NCBI RefSeq assembly: GCF_964355755.1
Contig: NC_092673.1
Span: 5,022,001 to 5,086,000 of the forward strand
Reading direction: 5' to 3'
DNA length: 64,000 nt
Source: Antedon mediterranea
Taxonomy: Eukaryota; Animalia; Echinodermata
Shown in pieces: positions 53,635-64,000 of this stretch (positions are counted from its first letter, which is position 1; the number at the start of each line of letters is the position of its first letter). Below the pieces are notes generated by a model that was given only the letters and a program-made list of their open reading frames with translations, was not told the origin of the DNA and did not search any database. The translations under genes and the position numbers were made by a program.

Positions 53635-55563
53635 CAGTGTTCTCCCCAGGCCTTTGAAGCGTCACGGTACCGTGACGCTTGGGTTCTCTACCGTGACGCT
53701 TTACGGTCGGCCGTGACGCTTAAAACCTTATCCGTGACGCTTAAAAATATCAACCACAACAATCTAAAAATAGATTAACAGGCAGGTACGGTACTTTTTC
53801 TAGAGCTGAGGCGCGGCATGCATAAAGAGCCTAATGCATACGAGACACGTGACATGACCACTAGACGAAAAACAAAAGACTGCGTAACAAAGTGTTAAAC
53901 AACTGAGACTCGCTTTCACCGGCCGCGCCGCCGCCGAGAGATGTAAACACGTGTTTTGTTACTGCCATGTCTCTCTTTCGATCTCTAGTATTTGGCTGTT
54001 GTCTAAAGTGTAGTAACTTGTATATTGTAAATAAAGTAAATGATTAATTGTATTGTTTTTCTTGTAAAAATGTTATGTGTATTAAAAATAAATATCGATG
54101 ATATTATTATTTTCAATATCACACTGAATTAATCGACTCTATCGGTGGGATTTACTCTTTCGTTGGTAACATACGCACGTCATCAAATGATTTCTAGGCG
54201 CAATTCAATGCTAGCTGCTTTGATCGTATAATACATTCAAGAAGGCTACGATCGTTTTCCTATTTGCTAGTGTGCTAAAGTCTTATTTCACTTAACTTAA
54301 GGTACATTTGTACATCGGTGCTAGAATGTTTTAGGCCCTACTTCGTGAGAAAGTCGAGTGACAAGGGATGTCACATGGTATTGTGATATCAGTACTGCGA
54401 TACTGTATGTCACATGGTGCTTTCACCGGCCGCCGCCGAGAGATGTAAGCACGTGTTTTGTTACTGCCATGTCTCTCTTTCGAATGTTTTCCTATTTCCT
54501 TGTGCGCTATGAAGTCTTATTTCCGGGCAACTTGAGGTGTCTTACTAATGAGTAAGCCTAGTTTTATTTCATCGGGACTTGCCCCCGATATTTGTATTTG
54601 AACGCAAAAAATGTTTTTTTATCGCATATGTTTACCCGCCGGCGGAAAAAAAAGTAGGCTACGATCGTTTTTAATGTTTGCTAACGCGCTATTAGGTGTC
54701 GTTTCCGGCTAACTACAGTTGCCTACTGATGAGGCATATTTTTTTTTCATATATCGCGTACAGTATGTTTACATGCGGAAAAGTAGGCTCAATCGGGCTG
54801 TTTGCTAGCGCGCTATGAAGTGTCCTTTCCGGCCAACTACAGAGTTGTCCTACTGATGAGTAGGCATTTTTTATTTCATCGGGGAATTCCCCTTGACGTT
54901 CGTAATGAACGCAAAAAATGTTTCTTATCGCGTATGTTTACCGGCGGAAAAAGCAGGCTACGATCGTGCGGTTTGCTAGCGCGCTATGAAGTGTCTTTCC
55001 GGCCAACTACAGAGTTGTTCTACTCATGAGTAGGCCTAGTTTTATTTCATCGGGGAATTCCCCTTGACGTTCGTATTGAACGCAAAAACATTTTTTTATC
55101 GCGTATGTTTACTGGCGGAAAAAGTATGCTACGATGGTTTTACTGTTTGCTAGTGCGCTATAAAGTTTCGTTTCCGGCCAACTAGAGTTGTCCTACTGAT
55201 GAGTAGGCTAATAGATTAGGCCTATTTTTTTCATTGGGGCTTCCCCCTGACGTTCGTAATGAACGCAAAAAATGTTTCTTCGCGTATGTTTACCGGCGGA
55301 AAAAGTTGGCTACGATCGTTTTGTTGTTTGCTAGCGCGCTATAAGTGTTATTTCCGGCCAAACCAGAGGTGTCATTCAACATAAATGTTATGTGCGAGAG
55401 TGCCATTTCCGGCCATCTAGGGGGTAAATTACCAAAAACCGCTTCGCCACAGCCCCAACCATGGTGGGGCTGTGACTCAAGTACTTAGTGTCGGAATGCC
55501 CCCCGCCCCCCAGGGGGCGGGGGCGAAGCGTGACGCTTGATGTGAATCCTGGGGAGAACACTG
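53635..55563. mobile_element. Non-autonomous hAT-like DNA transposon (1929 bp) with 6-bp TSD
   Basis: Perfect 16-bp TIR CAGTGTTCTCCCCAGG / CCTGGGGAGAACACTG; CTGCAA on both sides (53629-53634, 55564-55569); subterminal CGTGACGCT repeats at both ends; no transposase ORF. Confidence 0.9.
54470..55375. repeat. ~170-180 bp tandem repeat (about 5 units) inside the hAT-like element
   Basis: TTTGCTAGCGCGCTAT...TTTCCGGCCAAC...CCTACTGATGAGTAGGC...GACGTTCGTAATGAACGCAAAAA...CGCGTATGTTTACCGGCGGAAAAAG recurs. Confidence 0.92.
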
Positions 55564-55679
55564 CTGCAATAACATGAGTTTGTTTTTTTCTAGAAGTGAA
55601 TGCGACAGTCGTCACTTAAACAGTGCGTATTACCTCAAAAACCATCTTAAAAACGTTAAAAGATAAAGACTAAATCAAA

Positions 55680-55760
55680 TGTAGGCCTATTACAAGTTAC
55701 TGCAGTAACTTGTAGAATGTAGGCCTATTATTACAAGTTACTGCAGTAACTGGTAGAATA
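55680..55760. repeat. Tandem duplication containing a perfect 24-bp palindrome
   Basis: TGTAGGCCTATTA(TTA)CAAGTTACTGCAGTAACT twice; TACAAGTTACTGCAGTAACTTGTA at 55691-55714. Confidence 0.85.
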
Positions 55761-58317
55761 AGTTTGTCAAGGTCCCTTACTGCTCTGAACAAGTTAGTAG
55801 ATCTGAACAAATAGTAGAAACTTCTGCATTCCGTTCAACAAAACAAACACACATTAAAAAGTTGTTTTCAGTTATACGCTTTTATCACTCTTTAAACGGA
55901 CTAATGTTTCCATTTTACTTCATCTATTGGCGGTTAATACTGTTTTTTGGCTTGAATCTCACCGACAATATTTACTAATAAGTCGTAAATCTATCTACGA
56001 GATGTCATTAAACCGATCTAATTAAATGGCATCAACATTGAACATTAAAAGTAATTTTACCGATATTAGATTCTTTAATAAATAGATCTATCTATTGAAA
56101 GCAAATAAGAACCGACGATATCTATTACAATATTAATGTTTTGGTTTTGATCGTCACACGTGTCATGTTGCATGCGCAGAATCAGATTGATTTGTATATC
56201 TATATTGCGCATCATTATCGTCATGACATCATATCCTCTTATTTTTGTACTATAGGTTTGTATCAACTAAACTAATTATATTCTTTAATATTGACAAGCA
56301 ATAACACACTTACATTATCTTATTTTTATAAGATAATATTTGTATATAGTTATAGTATTGTTATGGCACTTAAACTTATTCGAGACTTGTCCCAGGCAAT
56401 CTAACAACAGGACACTGAAGCTTGCCTTGCCAAAAGAGGAACGAACTCGTAACAGTCTTTTGATCTTACGTCAAGCATATCTCTATGCGTATACTGTACA
56501 TTTCTTCGTGGTGCTGAATAGGGGTAATAATTATATTGCGATTTCACGGGAAGGTGTCTAAAGGCCTGTTTATACTACGGCGATAACTATAACTATATAT
56601 ATTGTTAACGATAGTTTTAATTCTGTGTCGCGTTTACACTACAACGGTTTTATCGTTCTATGACTCGCCTTTTTTGTTCACAATCATGACGGACTCAGAA
56701 GACGATTATTTGTTATGCCTTCTGCTATATAAAAAAAAGGTGTCAACTGAAAAAAAAAGCCCTAAATGTTGGTGTCCCCTGACTTGGGGACACCAACAAC
56801 AACAGTAGTCCGGTATAACTATAAATAGTATACGTTTATTACGGTATCCCGCCTATAAGAAGTATTTTTGTCTGTAGTGTGTGTCTGCTGTGAACACAAA
56901 AAAAAGGATTTTTTTCACTAAATTTAAACCACATATAGATATATGGTCACGGACGGCTCTATTAAATGTTGAAAGCAATCCGGGCTAGGATCCCATATCT
57001 GGACCACTTTTTATTCTTTTAAATTTTATCAAAATTTCCAGACTGATATCTTTATCATCGAACTTGATCCTCTTTCTTTTTTTACTCCTGATTGTAATTT
57101 TAATGATTTTACTTTATTATTATTTTATTATTATGAGTTATAATTGAATATCCAGGTCTCAAATTAGTGTCCTGGTGTTGGTCGAGTTCAGTATACCCGG
57201 GGGCACAATAATTAATTCAGAGATAATAATCACATCAAATTACAGTTTAAGATCAGATAATCCGACAAAATGAGTGTGAGGATTTCTATTAAGTAGTACA
57301 TTACGAATCTTTTCATTTAAGCTGTACGCGCGATTTACTTCGTAAGATATGGTTGTGAAGTGGTCTCGTTCGCCATAGATCATCGAGCGAGGCGCTTATC
57401 GAGTGTCTTTAAATCCCACTCTTCGTGCGTTGACCCGCGTAAAGTTAACGCCTTTATGTATAGTCTGCTCGTCGTGCGGCGCGCAATGTTGGACCTTTTC
57501 TATTTTGGTTCGCCGAAAAAATATACCATTGTCGCTTGGAAGATAATATTTGTTTTGTTAAAATAGGTTTGTCTATATAACCAATTATTACAACGTTATG
57601 GACAGAATGTCCGAATGATATTAAGTGTTAGTGGTTACATATTTTGCTACCGTCTAAGTGAAGTGAGTAATATAAAGCGCTCTTCAAATACGCATTAGCT
57701 GTTGAGTTTTTTTTTGCTACGAGTAAACACTTTAAAAAGGTCTGCTGTCGGGCACATGGAATTGGTATATAGTGTCATTGCTATGAATCATATGAAATAT
57801 TTAGCGGTTTGTTCATAAAACGGTTGTCTAATACGTAACGCGTAATTCGTTAGGGATAAATAATCCATTAATAGATATTATTAACAGACAAATTAATTTA
57901 TCAAGTGAGTGATTGCATGTAACAAAAACAACATGTTAATGTACTGCCTACACACACGCTATTTAGTTACTTTAGTAGTAGATAATAACGTATTGCAAGA
58001 ATTGGACCATGGGCCTGTAAATAAAAAGTGTTTATGTTTTTATAAGGCATGAATTCAAGGTTTCAAAGGTAATTGAATTGAATCACATGGTTATGCATAT
58101 TAATTATAATGCATTTATTTATTTTAAACAACGTCTAGTAGAAAAACAAAAGTTACACACAGTATAATTATATTCAGAGGAAACCCCTTTGGGGACATTT
58201 TCGGGTGAACGAACTAGGCCTAAACGGAGAATATTTTCTAGAACTAGAATATTTTTTAGAACTATACGGCCGACCATATTCAGGGGACACGCCTATTCAG
58301 GGGACAGATCTGCCTTA

Positions 58318-58455
58318 AGGCCCATTTATAAAACAAAAGAAATATAACAACTTTTCATTCTAGAACTATAAAATAACCATCTATGCTTCCTTTGATGAAA
58401 ATGATATTTTCACACATGCATCAAAAGCATGCTTAGTCCTAGTGTAAATGGGCCT
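58318..58455. mobile_element. Internally deleted family B Harbinger-like MITE
   Basis: TTA|AGGCCCATTTA...TTTTCATTCTAGAACT...CCTAGTGTAAATGGGCCT|TTA. Confidence 0.8.
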
Positions 58456-59360
58456 TTAGGATTTCTTACGGTATTAGGCTACATACGGTAAAATATACGT
58501 GTTTCTTTTTGTTGCTATAATGGGCCTATGTATAACTCAATAAAGCATTTTTTTTATTCAGCTATTTTGTCAGCACATTGAACTACTATTCTCTCATTTG
58601 AAAGAACGAGGAATTCATCTCTCGATTCCCCTCCTCGGCTTACATTCAACATTTATATCCTAATCTAACAGATCGTTATCGGATCATTTCGGGTATTTAG
58701 TCAATCCCGAGGTAGCTCAACTAGTCTATTATTTACTTCATTAAATAGAATCCAATCTTAGACAAATCTAAAAAATACCATCAATGTACAACAACCTGAA
58801 ATAAGTTTGATAATGTTGTGTATAAGTAGGGATTCGTGGTAATTCAAATCGCCGAATAAGTACATAGTTATTTTAGAAATAAGTTAAAAAGTGGCCATAA
58901 ACCATCACGTTGTGTAGTTAATTTCATCACACAAACACTTAGCTTAAATATTCGTTTTTCTCTCGCTCTAACTAACTGCCGAAATGCTAGGCCTAAGTGG
59001 TGTCAGCTTTAGCAAAGAATTATCCATTTATCCGACGTTAAACCATCAGACAGAATAAACGAAATTGCGCGACTCATATGATTTAGCATGGCATTACAGG
59101 GTATTTGAGTTTTAATTGAATTTGTAATTACCGTTCATCCACATACATCGCTTCAATAATGAGAAATTAAGCTTGTACACTGCCGACAGCTGCTATTGGC
59201 TTGCCAACTATATCATAAAAAACATTAAAACCTCAATAATAAACATTTACTGATCAGGTACCCCTGTGCAGATTTCAGCGTTAGTTCATTTAAAGTCGCT
59301 AATCTCTCTGGTCCTAATTACGTCACTGCGCACGAGCGTTCCTAACCGATCGTTATGATA

Positions 59361-59428
59361 TCGATGAGATTGGATTCTTCTTCGCAGATTTGAATCATGT
59401 TCGATGAGATTCGATTCTTCTTCGCAGA
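59361..59428. repeat. 28-bp direct repeat with 40-bp period
   Basis: TCGATGAGATT(GG/CG)ATTCTTCTTCGCAGA at 59361 and 59401. Confidence 0.85.
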
Positions 59429-60344
59429 CCTAGAATAAGCTAACAATAAACCAGTCAACGTAGCACATAAAGTGACTGGCAATCCTAATATTCCATGACA
59501 GTGATACGTGTATAATATACGTTGTTCTTTAAGCGTCCCGTTGATAGATTGTCAGTATTTTAAGCTCATTAATTATGAACAAGCATCAAAATAGCAAATG
59601 CTATTATTGAACATCAATTAGAGCCATATTTGTAATGAAATTGCTGCTGTATTTTAAAATGCATTTATCAATATCAGCATCACCACTCATATTTACTTTT
59701 TCATTTAAAAAATATCACCAACAAATATATATCTATATATATATGAGGAGTTCAACAACATACTGCGCTTTTGTTGCTAAAGGGATTTCTACACCATCTA
59801 GGTTTGTTTACTCAAGACAGAGCAGATGTAAGCAGATGTGTTTTTTTATTACAGTAAAATATAAACCTTAATAATCCTATAAATTATATAAATAAAGTTC
59901 AGTTCGGAAACAGGTGGGGCAATGTATCAATTATTTTCATTGGAAACCTGTTATAACATTGTATTTATTTGTTTTACATGTACCTAAATCGACGGATTCA
60001 TTATTTAAATGACATTACTTAACTATGGTTTTACGTTTAATTTGCTTTGTTTTCATTGACTAGTGTTATTTAAAGAGATCCGATTTAATTACCGATGACC
60101 TATGTTTGTCATTAACTTCTCTCTCTACTGCCGAATTGTTTTCTTATCGACAAGTACCGGTTACCGCGATCTCCAAGCATCTTTAAATCCTTCCGAGTCC
60201 ATTTATGATATTCGTGTTTTGAATTGATTTGCAATGGATAAAACAAAAACTGATTTTACATAAACACAAAATGCAACAACTATTCTTTATTGAATTTAAA
60301 GTAGCAAAATGTTTCTACATCATATTGGATATAATTATATTAAA

Positions 60345-60485
60345 TAAATATATTTATCCAAAGGCAAATTAATGAAAAAATGACAATACTGTTACTGGGT
60401 ATCAGTGGCTGGACCTCAATGGAGATACAAAAAAGCAAAAAGTAAAACCGTCATAAAGAAAACACTAGCCCTTCATCAGTGCATG
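60345..60485 (-). mobile_element. Dispersed repeat family D, copy 3
   Basis: ATCCAAAGGCAAATTAATGA.AAAATGACAAT...GCTGGA...CAATGGAGATACAAAA; minus strand retains TGCACTGATGAAGGGCTAGT. Confidence 0.65.
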
Positions 60486-63400
60486 ACAATGACAATGACA
60501 GCTTCTTTTATTTTCTTTGTAAATAAAGTAGATAAATAAACGACAAAATTAACATTTATAATTACAAAATTGATTTAAACAAAGAAAAGGGGAAAATTCT
60601 TGAAGCAGATGCTTAAAAAAGAAAAAAGGTATACCTCCATGATCAGTGCAAGTGAGAGTACTTAGACAAAATATTAAATATGTTTATAAATTAAAACCAA
60701 AATATCAAATACATACCACTACGTAATAGAATAAATAGAACAATTTTGTCATAGAACTGAACAATTTTGACCAATTTCAGCTGTATTTTCGTCCAAAATG
60801 TTGCATTTGTCTTGGAGACTTTTAGTGGATATACGTTCAATAATGATTATATGTGTTATTATTCGTAATTTTCAAACACAATGTCCGAACAATAACAAAA
60901 ATCAGGCTTTGTTATTTTGTTTTATTAAATAAATACAACATTGTTATTTTTCTTATCTGAATTCATGAGTAATGGATAAAATGATGTTTATAATATCTAT
61001 ATACTTCATGAGGGCCTTGTAGGCATATGTAGTAAAAAATGTAATACAATTAGGGCAACCCTAAAACTCATCCCGCAATTCAATTTAAAGTATGTAATAA
61101 CATATATATTTAAAAGAATTAATTTTAAAACCAACAGATAATCTATCTCATGCAATCGCAACATGAAGCACTGTCGGAGTTGCAGTAATAACATGATTGT
61201 TTTTGACAGAAATCAGTTTTCTCAATATTTTAATTCAAACGTCAAACTGTGCCAACTTCCAAAAGTGGTATGGTAGAGATTGGAAAATAATTCACTGTTA
61301 AAAATTTAATTTCAGAATTAAATGAAATAGAATTATGTTATATCTGTTGTCTAGCCCCATCATATCATCATGGGCCTACCCTTGTCTTATAAACAACTTC
61401 CCAGCCCGTAGGATATTTACAGAGGGGTTCATTTTTACACAAAAGGAACACAATCGTCATGAGGCTATAAGTAGGCCGGACCATGGAGAAATAATTCTCC
61501 ACAGTCTAATAATTTATCATCACTTCAACCGCTTTTCTCTAGAAAATGGCACTTTGGGAAGCCTTGGGTGTTTTGTTCGAATCCTCGAACTAAATCCCTG
61601 GTCTTGCCTAATTTCTAACAATTACGAACCTGATATTTTTCAAGTAGGCCTATGGTGAATATTGACTGGAGGCCAAATGGTGCGAAAACGGTCGTATCTT
61701 TAATTAGTTCTATTTTATGACCATTTATATTACAATGTTAATAGCGAGCATGGTTATTACCTCCAATTTGCATTAAAACCTAAAATAAATACGCACACAC
61801 AATGTAATGAGACATGAGGCCTATTGATTGTATGCATTAATTTTTAAATATGTAATTTTAGTCGTTAAATTGCCTTATAGTTTCGTATGTTATGACTCCT
61901 CATGGTCAATGTTACTGGTCGCCAACGCCGAATAGTAACACATGCTGTTTAAAAAATGTAAATATTTACACCATTTTGTAAAGGAATGGAAAATTACATA
62001 ATTAAACACATCTTATGAAAGACGAAAAAAATAAATTACAAACACTTTAATATGACGGAAGTTGGTAACAACTGTTTATTTTTCTGAATTCATAATGCTG
62101 TGTCAATTTATTTAATTTCACTAAGTAATCTATGTTTTAATAGGCCTACAGCTATTCGATACAACAACATACTCTGTTATAAAACAAAAACGCGGTCTAT
62201 ACATTGAGGATTATCATACTAATAAATACAACAGCAGTATTCTTTCTTTTCAAAGCGGTAATTGATTTGGCTCATATTTTTAGTAGACGGATATTGCTAT
62301 TTAAAGGGAAATAATAAACAGAAGATAATGTTTTGTCTTTTAAATTACTTCTCTTTTAACATATTTATTAAAAACCTCAAAGTCCGCCGACTAATATTAT
62401 TCAATCGTAAAACGCCTTAACATTTGGCGATACACGCATGCGTAAAAGTAATAGCCAATGAGGTTGTTAGTTGCAAAAGTGCCGAGACCTTCTTGTCAAG
62501 ACGAAACTTTTAGTAGGCAATGTGTGTGGTACAATCAATCAGTTATATGTTTGCAAAATTCATTTATAATTCTTTTTTTAAATTTAATTAAATAATACAT
62601 ATTTAATAATTAGATAATTGTTATGTGTACATTCTCATGGTTGAGATAGTTATATAAGTTGTTTGAATGTAACGGTTACCAATTCTTTTAAAAGGCCTAA
62701 TTGGTGCAATAAGCTTTCAAAAAATGTTTTCTTGTGGCATCTAAGATATCAATTCTGTCCACACTACTTGTTCTGTTCTCTCGTGAAAAATGCCAGAGAT
62801 GGCCTGTCTTTCTTTTTAATCGTTTGGACACCATTGGAGATAACGTTTAACCTTTAACCTTTACACTTTGAGCTTTCTGTGGTATTTTAAACCTTATTTC
62901 ATTGTATTCGTTTTATAAATTTTCCCTTCTAATTTATTTTATGTGTATATGATTCCAAAATCAAACAATTAATCGTCGATGTTCAGGCACAAATTTTATG
63001 TTTTCGATTTGTATATACAAAACCGGTAACACGAATCTTTTTAATTAATAATATATCGTTACATATTCATTCTAATTTTTTATCTTCAGAACCCCCAAAA
63101 GAACAGTAAATCAGTTTCATGTGCCTCAAATGAATTACTTTTTAAAGAATTTGTTTTGAGTAATTGGTGGGTTAGATAACAGCACTACAAAGTGACCGAA
63201 TCTGCTGTACCCATTTACTATTAAAGTACCCTATTGTACTAATACTTGTGTTGTCAATTGGGGATCAACTAGTTACTAATTGGTTGAATTGTCAGCGCTA
63301 TTCACCGAGACTACCGAAAAGACTCGAATTAATTGCTGCAATGTGCGGGACAAATGCGTTTCGGCCCGGCTGAAGAGTATTGTTCTAATCGGCTTTACCA

Positions 63401-64000
63401 ATTATCAAGTTAGAGCCTATGAGAATTGTTGCTCACTTACATGCCATCACCGCGGCATCGTTTTTGATACCGATAGGGACAATCCGATTTTTTAGGATTT
63501 AATTTTGCATTTAAACTGGTTTTGATTATTATTTAAAGACTTTGTGTTTGTTGTACCTTCTATTTATAATGAATACTTTGTGGAAGCAATTTGGCGATGT
63601 TTTTTTAGTCTTACACAGCTTTGTTCAGAAGTTGGGGATTGTTTTGTTTAAACGGTTTTAAAAAAAGCAAGTAAAATATACTTTGATTGGTCAGATATTT
63701 GCTCTACTTTCTGAGAATACGAAAGTTCTCCAGATCACTAGCCTGATCAATAGCAAACTATTCTTAAATCCGTCTTTTTTGTGTGAATGATTGTAAATTA
63801 TATTAGGCCTACAATAATTTAATCAATTTGTCCTAAATGTGACGTGGTAAGTATGCGTAGGCCTACTAACTCGGTGTTTTCAAATGAGCGCGTTAAGTTG
63901 TCTATTCGCGGCGGCGCGCAGTTTAACGCAAAGCTTACTATTTAAACAGTAACTTATATACAGTTGATGGTTATGTTGAATAATTGTGCACCGTATCGCA

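Noticed and set aside
54540-55210. CTGATGAG in the ~175-bp units as a hammerhead core or C/D box
   Set aside because: It lies within a CCTACT-GATG-AGTAGG hairpin and is not followed by stem II plus GAAA; no paired box structure is evident.
63840-63925. Possible exon end (GTG|GTAAGT) and CpG-rich patch near the window edge
   Set aside because: No supporting ORF or acceptor; needs transcript data.

Overview
AT-rich animal (invertebrate) genomic DNA. An echinoderm or other marine deuterostome is my guess, but the sequence cannot prove it. The only protein-coding gene I can support is a two-exon NK1/slouch (NKX1)-class homeobox gene: ATG 24085, phase-1 GT-AG intron 24485-25781, stop 26317, 311 aa, with an eh1 motif and homeodomain, and CCAAT/TATA boxes upstream. 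The rest is a gene desert filled with non-autonomous transposons: Kolobok-like TTAA MITEs, PIF/Harbinger-like MITEs, two hAT-like elements with atypical 5- and 6-bp TSDs, a Helentron/DINE-1-like element, tRNA-derived SINEs (one Deu-domain-like), LINE 3' ends and minisatellites. Three signals stand out. (1) A window-wide excess of TA-N3/4-TA words (TAGGCCTA, TAGGCTA/TAGCCTA, TACWGTA, TACCGGTA) that look like transposon excision footprints; in two places comparison of repeat copies shows TA replaced by TACWGTA. (2) Three decayed copies of a dispersed repeat that together reconstruct a minimal type I hammerhead ribozyme. (3) The same ACGCATGCG-N12-CCAAT module at the NK1 promoter and at 62.4 kb. 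There is no CRISPR array, rRNA or intact tRNA. All counts and coordinates were read by eye.
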